64,000 bases of DNA from Candidatus Eiseniibacteriota bacterium. Its GTDB lineage: Bacteria > Eisenbacteria > RBG-16-71-46. The position numbers and the translations under genes were made by a program. Each line of letters begins with the position of its first letter. Position 1 is the first letter of the stretch. Positions 19,813 through 30,222 of this stretch are shown in pieces. A model generated the notes under the pieces. That model saw only the letters and a list, made by a program, of their open reading frames with translations. It did not search any database and was not told where the DNA came from. Where the stretch lies: the NCBI GenBank assembly GCA_031370785.1, contig JANMQY010000090.1:17276-81275 (forward strand). The letters are read 5' to 3'.

Positions 19813-21086
19813 ACAGCTCGCGCTATGCCTTCATCCTCGCCGGTGGCGTCGGAAGCCGGCTATGCCTGCTGAGCGAGCGGCGCGCCAAGCCGGCGGTGCC
19901 GTTCGGCGGCAAGTACCGGATCATCGACTTCACGCTTTCGAACTGCGTGAACTCGGGGCTGTTCGACATCGGCGTGCTCACCCAGTACCGGCCCACTTCG
20001 CTCAACCAGCACATCGGTACCGGCCGGCCGTGGGACCTGGATCGCGAGCGCGGCGGCGTGCAGATCCTGCAGCCCTCGCTCGGCTCGCTGCAGAGCGACT
20101 GGTACCAGGGCACGGCCGACGCGATCTACCGGAACCTGATCCACCTGCGCCGGCGCAATTCGGACGAGGTGCTGGTGCTGTCCGGGGACCACGTCTACCG
20201 CATGGACTACAACGTGCTCTATGCGTTTCACGCGGCGCAGCGCGCGTCGGTGACGGTGGCGGTCACCGAGGTGCCGGCGGAGGCGGTCAATCAATTCGGG
20301 ATCCTGGAGACCGAGCCCGGCGGGCGCGTGGTCGGCTTCCAGGAGAAGCCGAAGAGCGCGGCCTCGAGGCTGGCCTCGATGGGGGTGTACCTGTTCGATC
20401 GCAGGGCGCTGATCCGCTGGCTGGTCGAGGACGCGGCGATGGCGGAATCGAGCCACGATTTCGGCAAGGATCTGCTGCCGCGCCTGGTGGCACGCGGCGA
20501 GGCGGTCTACGCGTATCGCTTCCCTGACTACTGGCAGGACGTGGGGACGCTCGACTCGTACTACGAGTCGAACATGGCGTTCCTCTCGGACGCGCCGCCG
20601 CTCGCGCTCAACGACAGCGACTGGACGCTGCACACCCAGAGCGCCGACCGCCCGGCGGTGCGCTTCGAGCATGGCTGCCGCGTGGAGCGAAGCGCGATCG
20701 CCAACGGCAGCCGCATCGCTGGTGAAGTGGTGCGTTCGGTGCTGTTCCCCGGCGTCTCGGTCGAGAAGGGCGCGGTGGTGCGCGACAGCATCGTCATGCA
20801 CGACACGGTCGTCGGTGCGGGTGCGGCGCTGGATCGCGCCATCGTCGACAAGGAGGTGCACGTCGGCGCGGGGGCGCGGCTCGGACACGGAGACCCCAGC
20901 ATTCCGAACCGCGCCTGCCCAGAACACCTGTGGAGCGGGCTGAGTGTGGTCGGCCGCGGCGCCGAGCTGCCGGAAGGGGTGACGGTCGGGCGCAACGCGC
21001 GCATCGGGGCGTTCGTCGAGCGCGAGGACATCACCGCCGACGTGCCCGACGGGGGCGTGGTCGACGGTCCGGAGTCGAGGCACTGA
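19809..21086 (+). CDS. glgC: Glucose-1-phosphate adenylyltransferase, catalytic subunit
   Basis: [56 protein letters not shown] overlap. Confidence 0.93.
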   Translation: MNSSRYAFILAGGVGSRLCLLSERRAKPAVPFGGKYRIIDFTLSNCVNSGLFDIGVLTQYRPTSLNQHIGTGRPWDLDRERGGVQILQPSLGSLQSDWYQGTADAIYRNLIHLRRRNSDEVLVLSGDHVYRMDYNVLYAFHAAQRASVTVAVTEVPAEAVNQFGILETEPGGRVVGFQEKPKSAASRLASMGVYLFDRRALIRWLVEDAAMAESSHDFGKDLLPRLVARGEAVYAYRFPDYWQDVGTLDSYYESNMAFLSDAPPLALNDSDWTLHTQSADRPAVRFEHGCRVERSAIANGSRIAGEVVRSVLFPGVSVEKGAVVRDSIVMHDTVVGAGAALDRAIVDKEVHVGAGARLGHGDPSIPNRACPEHLWSGLSVVGRGAELPEGVTVGRNARIGAFVEREDITADVPDGGVVDGPESRH

Positions 21087-21103
21087 GCCGAGCGTGCCGC
21101 CGG

Positions 21104-21148
21104 AAAACGTTCGAGGCGTCCTGAGATCCAGGACGCCTCGAACCATTT
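21104..21148. terminator. Bidirectional terminator between glgC and mltD
   Basis: 15-bp stem GTTCGAGGCGTCCTG/CAGGACGCCTCGAAC flanked by AAAA and ATTT. Confidence 0.8.
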
Positions 21149-21167
21149 CGGTGCAGCGTGCAGCCGC

Positions 21168-23042
21168 TTAGCCGGTCGGCACCCTCAGGCGCTGTCCGGC
21201 GCGAATGACCGAGCCATTGAGCCCGTTGGCGCGCTTGAGCTGGGCGATCGTCACGCCGTGACGCTTCGCAATGCTCTCGAGCGTCTCGCCGCGCTGCACG
21301 ACGATGGTGGTGTGCGGCCCGGTGTACGTCACCGCCACCTGGCGATGCGACGTCGTGCGCCGTGTGGGGCGTAGCCTGATCTTCGCGAGCTGCGCGGTGG
21401 ACGCGCTGTCCATGACCGCCGGCGCCTCGTTCATGCTGTCGCCGGTGCGGATCTTGAGCCGCGTGCCGCGACGTACCGTCCGGGTTGTGAGGTGATTCCA
21501 GCGCATGATGTCTTCGACCGTGCAACCGTTCGCCTCCGCGATCGAGGCCAGCGTCATGCCGCGGCGCACCGTGACCTTGACCCGGCCGTCGGCGTTCGAT
21601 TCGGCGTTGAGCGTTGCCGGCGGCCTGATGTCGCGCGTCGGAACGTAGGCGGTCGAGGCACGCGGGTCGGCGGCATCCAGCACCTCGGGGTGCCGGGCGC
21701 TGAGCGAAGCAGGGATGGTCAGCACCACGCCACGGCGCAGCGGATGCTTCTGGCCGATTCCATTGGCCAGCGCCAGCTGACGCGCGTTGACTCCGTACTG
21801 GCTGGCGATGGACTGGATGGTCTCGCGGCTGCGCACCCGGTGCTGAAGCGCGAGGTTCACGCCCGGAAGCGGTGCGCCCTCGTCCAGCTTCTTCATCAGG
21901 ATTTCGCCCTTGCCCCTCGGCAAGCGGATCGTGATCACGCCTTCGCGACCGGTCGCGGCGCCGCGCAGCACGGCAGGGTTCAGCTCGCGCAGCTGTTCGT
22001 AGGTACAGTCCGCCATCTTCGCGATCACGTGCAGATCGACCGCGCCCTTGAAGGCGATCTGGTCGAATTCCATCGGCTCGTCGAGGTCCACCGAGTCGAA
22101 ACCGTATTTCTCGGGATCGTGCGCGATCGCAAGCACGGCCATGAACTGCGGGACGTAGTCTTCGGTCTGCCGCGGCAGACGCAGGTCCCAGTAGTTGGTG
22201 GTGCCCTGCCGCTTGATCGCGCGCAGCACGGTGCCCTCGCCCGCGTTGTACGAGGCGAGGGCCAGCGGCCAGTCACCGAAGATGGTGTAGAGGTGCTTGA
22301 GGTAGCGCGCGGCCGCGACCGTGGACTTCTCCGGGTCCTTGCGCTCGTCGACCCACTTGTTGACGGTCAGGCCGAAAACCCGCGCGGTTCCGCCGAGGAA
22401 CTGCCAGGGGCCGACGGCTGCCGAGATCGAGCGCGCGTTGATGTTGAACCCGCTCTCGACGAACACGAGATGCACCAGATCCGGCGGAAGGCCTTCCTTC
22501 TGAAGCACGCCGCGGAACAGATCCATGTATCGGCCCGAACGCTTGAGCCAGCGCTCGAACACCGAGCGGCCCGCACCCGTGAAGTACTCGATGTAGCGGA
22601 ACACCTCGGCGTTGAACTGGGGCGTGATCTCTTCGGCCGCCGGTGTGTTGAGCACCCTGTCGTCGGCCTCGTTCCCGTTCGCCCGCGCCATCGACTGATT
22701 GGCCGCGTCGCGCTTGGCCGCGATACGCAGGCCGGCAAGGCGCGCGCGCAGATCCACCAGCGCGCGACGGGAAGTGGCGTCGAGATCCGGCGTGATGGTC
22801 TTGTCGATCAGCTCGAGACCCTGTTCCGTGGAGCGAATCGCCCCTTCCAACTCGCCGGATTGTCGCTGCGCCCACGCCGCCTGATACGCAGCCTGAACGT
22901 CGCTGATGACGGAGTTCGAGGACTCGGAGCTGTCATATGACGCAGGCGTGGTGCGGGACTCTGCCCCGCGCACCGGACTGGCAGTGCAGTAGATGAACAG
23001 GGCAGCTGTCAGAGCCGCCAGGTGTGAGGGACGGACCGGCAT
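21168..23042 (-). CDS. mltD: MltD-like lytic murein transglycosylase with LysM repeats
   Basis: VFVESG, AVGPWQF, DERKDPEKST, ASYNAGEG, three C-terminal LysM repeats; GGAGG RBS. Confidence 0.9.
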   Translation of the reverse strand: MPVRPSHLAALTAALFIYCTASPVRGAESRTTPASYDSSESSNSVISDVQAAYQAAWAQRQSGELEGAIRSTEQGLELIDKTITPDLDATSRRALVDLRARLAGLRIAAKRDAANQSMARANGNEADDRVLNTPAAEEITPQFNAEVFRYIEYFTGAGRSVFERWLKRSGRYMDLFRGVLQKEGLPPDLVHLVFVESGFNINARSISAAVGPWQFLGGTARVFGLTVNKWVDERKDPEKSTVAAARYLKHLYTIFGDWPLALASYNAGEGTVLRAIKRQGTTNYWDLRLPRQTEDYVPQFMAVLAIAHDPEKYGFDSVDLDEPMEFDQIAFKGAVDLHVIAKMADCTYEQLRELNPAVLRGAATGREGVITIRLPRGKGEILMKKLDEGAPLPGVNLALQHRVRSRETIQSIASQYGVNARQLALANGIGQKHPLRRGVVLTIPASLSARHPEVLDAADPRASTAYVPTRDIRPPATLNAESNADGRVKVTVRRGMTLASIAEANGCTVEDIMRWNHLTTRTVRRGTRLKIRTGDSMNEAPAVMDSASTAQLAKIRLRPTRRTTSHRQVAVTYTGPHTTIVVQRGETLESIAKRHGVTIAQLKRANGLNGSVIRAGQRLRVPTG

Positions 23043-23095
23043 CGCAACCTCCTGTCGGTGAGACTCCCTCCCTGGACAGTCCAGAGAACCGGGTC

Positions 23096-23124
23096 AACCT
23101 AGTCGGGCGGCATGCAAGATGCAA
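23096..23124 (-). promoter_or_regulatory. Putative sigma70 promoter for mltD
   Basis: Minus strand TTGCAT-N17-TAGGTT. Confidence 0.5.
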
Positions 23125-23236
23125 CCCGCTTCGTGAACTTTGCTACGGTACACGCCCTGAGGGACGGCACAACTCATGCCGCCGCGCGATGGGCAACTGA
23201 GTTAGCGCAAGTGCTGTGCCACAACCCCATCGTGCA

Positions 23237-23265
23237 TTGACACTTAGTACATGACCAGATAGCTT
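23237..23265 (+). promoter_or_regulatory. Putative sigma70 promoter for the PEGA protein gene
   Basis: TTGACA-N17-TAGCTT. Confidence 0.55.
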
Positions 23266-23325
23266 GCGGCAGCCCGACGGATCGCACCGGCTGCGCATTT
23301 CTGGCTCACGGAGGGAGCGAGCAGC

Positions 23326-26169
23326 ATGAATGTCGCAGTCTCCAAGCCTCCTCAGTGGTCGGTTTCCGCCCGCAGCCACGGCGAAGTTCTGACCGCCGGC
23401 ACTGCCGGCGGGGGGTTGGAGCTGCTGGTGCTCTCCACGCCCGGCTCCTTTACCGTCCCTGAGTTCGAGGGCTGGCTGCGTGACCTCCTGGGCGTCACAC
23501 GGGAGACGGCGTCCGGCGATCAGGGTCCGCGCCCGATTCCCGCGCTGCTCCATCACGCCCTGACCGGACTCCTCTTCTCTCATGCCGAGCTGTGGGAGCG
23601 CGCCGGTGCCCAGCCGCCCTGCTCGCTCGCCTTCGTGGTCGCGGGCGGCAGAGTCGCCTTCGGCTGGGTGGGCGATGCCCGGGTCGGCGTCTGGGTCAAC
23701 GATCAACCGGTCGAGAACGGCTGGGTCAAGGTTCGGGACGACGAAGGCCGCGAGGCGTTTGCGATCGCGCTCGACTGGAGCCCGCCGGTGCGCGTGCGCC
23801 TGGTGTGGTCAGCGCCCAACGCCGGCGAAGAAGGACCGGGCGCGATCGTGGATGCGGAGTGGCCCGGCCTCGACCTGCACGCTCTGCCTGCGCCCTCTGC
23901 TTCCACGCTCGAGAGCGTCCCGGCAGACGCCGGTGTCAAAGTCGAGCGGGATGCGCTTCCGCTCGAAGTCGAAACCACGCGGGAATGGAATTCCGCCTCC
24001 GAGCGCGTCACTTCGTTCGAACACGCCGGACCCATCGAGCGGACCTCATCCTTCGAACGCGCCGCCGAACCGGTCGCACCCCTCGAACAGCGTGTGGAGC
24101 TCGCACACTCCGCGCACGCAGAGAGTGGCCTCGAGCAGGCGATCAACCAGGCGATCGAGTCCGCACGTCACGAGGCGGAGAGCGAAAAACCCTACGAGCT
24201 GGTGATCGAGACACCCGTCGAGTCGCCCGCGAGCGAGCCCGAGACTCACGAGCGCCCGCGCCGCCGTCCCGGCCGTCTCAGCCGGATGATGGCGCGCTTC
24301 TCATCGCTGTGGACGGCGGAGCCGAAGCGCGCTTCGCAAGCGTCTGTGCCGATCGTGCCGCCGGCCGAAGCGTTGGCCCCGCAACCCGAGGCTGAGCCGG
24401 CGTCCGAGGTCGCGTCCGAGCCCGAGCCAGTGATCGCTCCGCAGCCGCAGCCGCGCTCTCTGCACATCCTGCCGTCGATCGCGGACGCCGCGGCGCCCGC
24501 GGAAGGCGACGTCGTTCCGCGACGCGCGAGCCTCGCACCGCCGGTATTGCGAGTGGTGCCGCGAGTGCCCGCGCCTTCGAAGAGCGGGCCTGAGGTCGAG
24601 ACGCGCTTCACGCATTCGTCGCTTTCGCCGGCCGCGCCCGCTCCGTCTCGCGAGCCGCGGCCGACCAGCCTCGATGAGCGCACGGCATCGCTCGCGCGCG
24701 AGGACATGGCCTCGCCGCCGCGACCCTCGCTGGCCGCTCCGCCCGAAGCCGAAGCCCAGGCGCGGCCGGTGTCGCTGTGGACGCCGCCCGCGATCGCGAA
24801 CGCCGCTCCCGAGCCCGAGTCGCATTCAGAAGAGGTGGTCGAAACTTCGACTGCGAGCATTTCGCCCGCGGCCACCGAATCTCCATCCATGCCGCACGAC
24901 GCTGCGGGGGCCGACCCGTGGTCCGATGAGCCGCCCGCGCCGCGGACCGTGTCGCGCCATCGCTCTCCGTTGCGCCCGCAGTGGCCGACCGACAGCGAGA
25001 TGGAACGTCCGACGCCATTATGGAAGCGTCCGTGGGTGTGGGCCGCCATGCTGGTCGCGCTGTTCTTCGGCGGCTGGATGGTGGGTGGACTCCAGCACGA
25101 TCGCACCCCGGGTGGCACGAGCGACGGATTGCACCGCACGATGCGCTCGCTCGGTCTCGCCGGCGCACGCTTCGACGTTGCGATCAGCAGCCGCCCGCCG
25201 GGAGCGTGGATCACGGTCGACGGCAAGGACCTGATCCGGCGCACGCCGGCGAGCATCGATCTGCCGCCCGGGGACCATCAGGTGTCGCTCTCGATGTCCG
25301 ATCTGGGCTCGGCCTCATTCCAGGTGCGCGGCCAGCGCGGCGATCGGGTTGCGCTCGATGCGCCACTGTGGGGATCGATCACGGTTGCCGAGTCGGACGC
25401 CAGCCTGCCGGTGACGGTCGCGCTCGATGGCACAGCGCTCGGCTTCGCGCCGGTCACCGTGGACAGCGTGATGCCCGGCGCTCACGAGCTGCGTTTCTCC
25501 GGACCCGGCATGGTGCCGTGGGGACAGACCGTCGAGGTGCGCGTGCAACAGGTGGCCCAGGTGCTCGCGCGGCCCATGACCTCGCCCGCGACCGGAGTGC
25601 TCGTGGTGCAGGGCCATTTCGTGGATGAGCAGGGCAGCCGTCCTCTGACCGGAGCCGAAGCGTACGTGGACGGCGCGCTGCGCGGTCGCACGCCGCTCAC
25701 TCTCGAGCTGCCGCGCGGTCCGCACAGCGTGCGGGTCTCGAAGGGCGGCGAGAATTCGCCGGTGCAGGTCATCGATCTTCCGGGTGGCAATCAGCGCTTC
25801 GCGAGCTTCGAGCTCGGACTCGGGATCGAATCCCCGCGACTGGTCTCGATCGGAATCGGGGATCGCGTGGTCCAGGATCGGCCGACCATGGCCTCGGCGA
25901 TGCTCGAAGGCGTCTCGGTCACCGACGTGCGCGAGATGTGGCTCCACATACGCACCCCTGAGGGGCCGTGGCGGCGCTACCCGATGGATCTGCTCAAGTC
26001 CGCGACCGGCGCGGTCGGCGTCTCGGTGTTCCCGAACACGATGTTCGACGGGTCCGGCCGTGCGCCCTACTACATGAGCGCGCTCACCGGCACCGGCGAC
26101 GAGTATTACACCGAGATCGTGACCGCACAGCTGGTCGGAGCCGGCAGACCTTCGGCACGCCAGCGCTGA
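23326..26169 (+). CDS. Bitopic membrane protein with PEGA domains, long Pro/Glu-rich linker and degenerate PP2C-like N-terminal domain
   Basis: TM WVWAAMLVALFFGGWMV; SRPPGAWITVDG..TP, GAEAYVDG..RGRTP PEGA repeats; N-terminal VAFGWVGDAR. Confidence 0.75.
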   Translation: MNVAVSKPPQWSVSARSHGEVLTAGTAGGGLELLVLSTPGSFTVPEFEGWLRDLLGVTRETASGDQGPRPIPALLHHALTGLLFSHAELWERAGAQPPCSLAFVVAGGRVAFGWVGDARVGVWVNDQPVENGWVKVRDDEGREAFAIALDWSPPVRVRLVWSAPNAGEEGPGAIVDAEWPGLDLHALPAPSASTLESVPADAGVKVERDALPLEVETTREWNSASERVTSFEHAGPIERTSSFERAAEPVAPLEQRVELAHSAHAESGLEQAINQAIESARHEAESEKPYELVIETPVESPASEPETHERPRRRPGRLSRMMARFSSLWTAEPKRASQASVPIVPPAEALAPQPEAEPASEVASEPEPVIAPQPQPRSLHILPSIADAAAPAEGDVVPRRASLAPPVLRVVPRVPAPSKSGPEVETRFTHSSLSPAAPAPSREPRPTSLDERTASLAREDMASPPRPSLAAPPEAEAQARPVSLWTPPAIANAAPEPESHSEEVVETSTASISPAATESPSMPHDAAGADPWSDEPPAPRTVSRHRSPLRPQWPTDSEMERPTPLWKRPWVWAAMLVALFFGGWMVGGLQHDRTPGGTSDGLHRTMRSLGLAGARFDVAISSRPPGAWITVDGKDLIRRTPASIDLPPGDHQVSLSMSDLGSASFQVRGQRGDRVALDAPLWGSITVAESDASLPVTVALDGTALGFAPVTVDSVMPGAHELRFSGPGMVPWGQTVEVRVQQVAQVLARPMTSPATGVLVVQGHFVDEQGSRPLTGAEAYVDGALRGRTPLTLELPRGPHSVRVSKGGENSPVQVIDLPGGNQRFASFELGLGIESPRLVSIGIGDRVVQDRPTMASAMLEGVSVTDVREMWLHIRTPEGPWRRYPMDLLKSATGAVGVSVFPNTMFDGSGRAPYYMSALTGTGDEYYTEIVTAQLVGAGRPSARQR

Positions 26170-26245
26170 TGCGCGTGGGCTGAACCGCGCCCACCGCGGC
26201 GCGCACCGGGAGCCACCGGGCACGCCGCGAACGACTCCACCGGAG

Positions 26246-26280
26246 ACGGGTCCGTCCACAGTGTGGGCGGGCCCGTTTTC
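26246..26280 (+). terminator. Intrinsic terminator after the PEGA gene
   Basis: 14-bp stem with two G:U pairs, ACGGGTCCGTCCAC/GTGGGCGGGCCCGT, followed by TTT. Confidence 0.7.
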
Positions 26281-26349
26281 GCATCCTGCGCCCGGGCAGC
26301 GCCTGCGTGCGCCGCGCGGGTGGCCCGCGTCTCGCACCGTGCGTCCCTC

Positions 26350-28752
26350 ATGGGAGATCGGTGCGCGGTGCCCGCGGCCCTCGCGGTGTGGCTCGGGCTC
26401 CTGCTGGGCGCGCGGTTCTGCGTCGACGCGGCGATTGGCTGCGCGGCGCTCGCGGTTGCGCTGCTCCTGCTCGCGCTCTCGCGCCGGGCGCCGCCGCGCG
26501 TGGCGACAGTTGCCGTGATCGCCGCGCTCGGATTTGCGGCGCTCTCACGCGGCGGTGCGCGCGATCTTGCGCTCGAGCGCTCGCGGCGCGCGGTGGAACG
26601 GGACGGCGCGTACTGGGTCGATGCGCGGGTCGTCGAGCCGCCGCTGCGCGAGAGCGGCGAGCCGATCGCGATCTGTGTGATCGAGGCCGCGCGGCCCGCG
26701 CTTCCGCGAGGCGCACGCTTGCGGCTGCGATTTCCGCAGGGCTGCGCGGCGGAGTGGGGCGACCGTTGCCGCACGTTCGTTCGGCTCGATGTACCCGGTG
26801 GGCCGCGAAATCCCGGAGGGTTCAATGCGCGCTCGACCGCCGATGCCGCAGGGCTCGTCGCCACCGGAGTCGCACGATTCGCCGAGGTCTCGCCCGGGCG
26901 TGGCATTCACGCCTGGCCGCGCGCGAGCGTGATGAGATGGCGCCGCGCGTTCGAAGGCGAGGCACACGCCGGGCTCACCGATGCGGCGCGGACCCTCGCG
27001 CTGCCGCTCGTGCTCGGCGACCGGTCGGCCCTGCCACTCGAGCTGGACGCGGCGTTTCGCGCCTCTGGCCTGGTTCACCTGCTCGCGCTCTCCGGGCTCC
27101 ACGTGGCGTGGCTCGCCGCGGTCGCCCGCGGCCTGGTCGCGACGCTCGGCGCGGGAGTGCCGGGACGCGCGATCGCGCGCCTGCTGTGCGCGACGCTCTA
27201 CGTCGGGATCGCGGGGCCGCTGCCTTCGCTGATGAGGGCCGCCGCGACCGAGGCGCTCGCCGCCGCCGCGAAACTGACCGGGCGCGCGCTCGATCCGATC
27301 CAGGCTCTGGCGGTGGCGGCGCTCGCGCTGCTGGTGTGGCGTCCGGGCTGGGCGGAAGACCTCGGCTTCCAGCTCTCCTGCGTGGCGACGCTCGGGCTGG
27401 TCGCGATCGCGCCCTCGCTCACGCCGCAGCATGCTGGCTGGCGCGGCCTGTTCGCGCTGCTCGCGCCGACGCTCGGCGCGCAGCTGATGGCCACACCGCT
27501 GCTGCTCGCGCGCATGCATGCGGTTTCGTGGATCGCGCCGTTCGCGAATCTCGTCGCGGTGCCGCTCTCCGGCCTGCTGCTCGGCGCGGCGTGGCTCGGG
27601 CTCATCCTCGAAGCGGCGTTACCGGGCTCGGGCGCACTGCCGTTCGCGGCGTGCGATGCGCTCGCGATCGCGCTCGAGCACGCGGTGTCGATCGCGGCGC
27701 GCGCTCCGAGCGCGCTGCTGTCCGCGGGCGACTCGCCGGTGGCTGTGGTCTGCGCGGCGCTCGGCGCGACGTTGCTCGCAGGGTCGCTCGCCCGGGCCGG
27801 ATCGCGACTCGCGCGGCAGGAGGCGCCCAGTTCGGCGCGAGTGGCATGTTGCTGGCTCGGGGCCGCGCTGTGCGGGATCTCGCTGGTGCTGGTCGCGACC
27901 GAGCCCGCGCTCCGACCTCGAGCGGGACACACCTGGCTCGTCGCGCTCGACGTCGGACAGGGCGACGCGCTCGCGATCGCGGGTCCGGACGGCTGGCGCG
28001 TGGTGGATGCCGGCGGGCGCTCGCCGCGATTCGACGCCGGCCAGAGCGTCGTGCTTCCATTCCTTCACTGGGCAGGAGTGCGGCGCGTGCGATTCCTCGC
28101 GCTCACGCACGACGATGGCGACCATACGGGTGGAGCAGCCGCGCTGCTGCACGGAATGCCGGTCGATCGCGTGCTCGCCGCACCGCCCTTCAGCGGCGCT
28201 CCGGGGCCGGGCGCACGCTTCGGCGCGATCCGGGTCGCGCGCGGCGACACGCTGTCGATCTCGCCGTGGATCCGCGTGCTGTGGCCACCGCGCGAGGGAG
28301 CCGGCGACCTGCTCGAACACCCGAGGACCAGCGCCGACAACGCGGTCGCGCTGGTGTTCGAGGTGGGAGAGGGGGAGGGTCGCGCGCTGCTTGCCGCGGA
28401 CGTCGACAGCACGGTCGAAGAGTCGCTCGCGTTTCGCGCGCCGATCGCGCTGCTCAAGGTGGCGCATCACGGCTCCGGCAGTTCCACGGGCGCTCGATTC
28501 CTCGCGCGGACGAATCCCGGGCTTGCGGTGATCTCGGTCGGGGCGAGAAACCGATTCGGCCATCCGGCGCCCGCGGTGCTCGAACGCCTCTCGCGCACCT
28601 CGGCCCGGGTGCTGCGCACCGATCTCGAAGGCGCGCTGTGGTTCGATCTCTCGCCGCGAGGCGTGAGCCGTATCGAGTGGCAGCGCGGAATGAGTGCGAT
28701 CCGCGACCGTGCCAGTCCCGGGCGCCTCGCCGCCGCCCCGCGCGCGCCGTGA
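26350..28752 (+). CDS. comEC: ComEC/Rec2 DNA-uptake protein
   Basis: RNPGGFN, HLLALSGLHV, GFQLS, LDVGQGDA, THDDGDH, LKVAHHGS, NRFGHP; start moved to ATG 26350 because GTG 26263 lies inside a terminator. Confidence 0.93.
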   Translation: MGDRCAVPAALAVWLGLLLGARFCVDAAIGCAALAVALLLLALSRRAPPRVATVAVIAALGFAALSRGGARDLALERSRRAVERDGAYWVDARVVEPPLRESGEPIAICVIEAARPALPRGARLRLRFPQGCAAEWGDRCRTFVRLDVPGGPRNPGGFNARSTADAAGLVATGVARFAEVSPGRGIHAWPRASVMRWRRAFEGEAHAGLTDAARTLALPLVLGDRSALPLELDAAFRASGLVHLLALSGLHVAWLAAVARGLVATLGAGVPGRAIARLLCATLYVGIAGPLPSLMRAAATEALAAAAKLTGRALDPIQALAVAALALLVWRPGWAEDLGFQLSCVATLGLVAIAPSLTPQHAGWRGLFALLAPTLGAQLMATPLLLARMHAVSWIAPFANLVAVPLSGLLLGAAWLGLILEAALPGSGALPFAACDALAIALEHAVSIAARAPSALLSAGDSPVAVVCAALGATLLAGSLARAGSRLARQEAPSSARVACCWLGAALCGISLVLVATEPALRPRAGHTWLVALDVGQGDALAIAGPDGWRVVDAGGRSPRFDAGQSVVLPFLHWAGVRRVRFLALTHDDGDHTGGAAALLHGMPVDRVLAAPPFSGAPGPGARFGAIRVARGDTLSISPWIRVLWPPREGAGDLLEHPRTSADNAVALVFEVGEGEGRALLAADVDSTVEESLAFRAPIALLKVAHHGSGSSTGARFLARTNPGLAVISVGARNRFGHPAPAVLERLSRTSARVLRTDLEGALWFDLSPRGVSRIEWQRGMSAIRDRASPGRLAAAPRAP

Positions 28753-28757
28753 GCGAC

Positions 28758-28786
28758 TTGCCCGCTTGCGGGACGGTTGGTAGATT
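28758..28786 (+). promoter_or_regulatory. Putative sigma70 promoter for purN (possibly leaderless)
   Basis: TTGCCC-N17-TAGATT, 5 nt before GTG 28792. Confidence 0.45.
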
Positions 28787-28791
28787 GCGGC

Positions 28792-29433
28792 GTGCTCTCC
28801 AACTCCCAGCGCACCCTCGCAGTGTTCGCCTCGGGGAACGGCACCAACTTCGAGGCTCTGGTTCGCGCCGCCCGGCGGGGCGAGCTGGGAGGGCGCATCG
28901 CGGTCCTGATGAGCGATCGCCCCGACGCCCCGGCGATCGAGCGCGCCAGGCGACTCGGAATCGAGGTCGTGTGTCCTCCGGTCGGCCGCTTTCGCACCCG
29001 CATCGAGGACGAGACCCCCTGGCTCGATGCGCTGCGCGCGCGCGGTGTGGATGCGGTGCTCCTTGCCGGCTTCCTGCGCCGCCTGCACTCGACGCTGCTC
29101 GACGCGTTTCGCGATCGGCTGCTCAACATCCATCCGTCACTGCTGCCCGCCTATCCCGGACTCGATGCGATCGCGAGGGCATGGGAGCACGGGGCGCGCG
29201 TGACCGGGTGCACCGTCCACCTGGTCGAGGACGCGCTCGATGCGGGGCCGATCGTTGCGCAGCGCGCGGTCGAAGTCCGCGACGACGATACGCTCGAGAG
29301 CCTGACCGGACGCATCCACGCCGCGGAGCACGAGCTCTACCCAAAGGCCGCGCTCCGATTCCTGACCGAACCGTGGACGCGCGAAGGCGGCCGGATCGTG
29401 TTCGGTGGGGCGCGCGAGGTCACGCATGACTGA
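28792..29433 (+). CDS. purN: Phosphoribosylglycinamide formyltransferase
   Basis: ASGNGTN, LAGF, NIHPSLLP, GCTVH, DAGPI. Confidence 0.96.
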   Translation: MLSNSQRTLAVFASGNGTNFEALVRAARRGELGGRIAVLMSDRPDAPAIERARRLGIEVVCPPVGRFRTRIEDETPWLDALRARGVDAVLLAGFLRRLHSTLLDAFRDRLLNIHPSLLPAYPGLDAIARAWEHGARVTGCTVHLVEDALDAGPIVAQRAVEVRDDDTLESLTGRIHAAEHELYPKAALRFLTEPWTREGGRIVFGGAREVTHD

Positions 29434-30178
29434 CCGTCCGCCGCTCGATGCGGTGCTGTTCGACGCCGGCGGCACGCTGGTGCGACTCGACTTCGAATGG
29501 ATGGCGGCGAAGGTGAGCGAGCTGGGGCACCCGCTCGAGGCCTCGGCCCTGCGCCGGGCCGAGATCGAGGGCCGCCGCGCGTACGACGCGAGCCGCGGGA
29601 AGGCGCCGCAACCGGGCGAAGCGCCGCCGGCGCTCGGCAGCTCGGGGGACACCCGCGCCTACTTCAGCGGCATGCTCGAGGCGCTGGCGGTGCCGGCCGA
29701 GGTGCACAAGCGCGCGCTCGTCGCGTTCTTCGAGCACCACGACCAGACCGGCCTGTGGACGCGGCCAATGGAAGGCGCACGAGCGGCGATCGATGGCGTG
29801 CGCGAGCTGGGCCTGCGCCGCGCGGTGGTCTCGAACTCCGATGGTCGCGCGCAGCAGCACCTCGAGGAATGCGGCGTGCTCGAGGGCGTCGAGTTCGTGC
29901 TGGATTCGCATCTGATCGGCATCGAGAAGCCCGATCCGCTCATCGTGAAGCTGGCGCTCGAGCGTTTCGGCGTCGCGCCCGATCGTGCGCTGTTCGTCGG
30001 CGACATCCGCTCGGTGGATGCCGCGGTCGCGCAGGCCGCCGGCACCCGCTTCGTGCTGGTCGATCCTTTCGGCGACTACGCGCTGCCCGGCACGCCGGCG
30101 ATCGCGGGAATGCAGCTCCTGCCGGCTTGGATTGCGTTGCGGTTCACCACGCCCCGCAAGGCGGACGTGAGAGTCTGA
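29426..30178 (+). CDS. HAD-superfamily hydrolase (subfamily IA)
   Basis: FDAGGTL, VSNSD, GIEKPDP, FVGD...D. Confidence 0.88.
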   Translation: MTDRPPLDAVLFDAGGTLVRLDFEWMAAKVSELGHPLEASALRRAEIEGRRAYDASRGKAPQPGEAPPALGSSGDTRAYFSGMLEALAVPAEVHKRALVAFFEHHDQTGLWTRPMEGARAAIDGVRELGLRRAVVSNSDGRAQQHLEECGVLEGVEFVLDSHLIGIEKPDPLIVKLALERFGVAPDRALFVGDIRSVDAAVAQAAGTRFVLVDPFGDYALPGTPAIAGMQLLPAWIALRFTTPRKADVRV

Positions 30179-30222
30179 GACCCACCCGCCGCTTTCGTCC
30201 GTGAGCGGCGCAAGGAGGACAG

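Noticed and set aside
26170..26300. ZTP riboswitch upstream of the comEC-pur genes (ACCGGGAGC similarity)
   Set aside because: The conserved CUGGCG and CGCCUGGG pseudoknot elements are missing; a simple terminator explains the structure
26307..29429. 1040-aa alternate-frame ORF over comEC/purN
   Set aside because: Arg/Ala-rich off-frame translation of stop-poor GC-rich DNA
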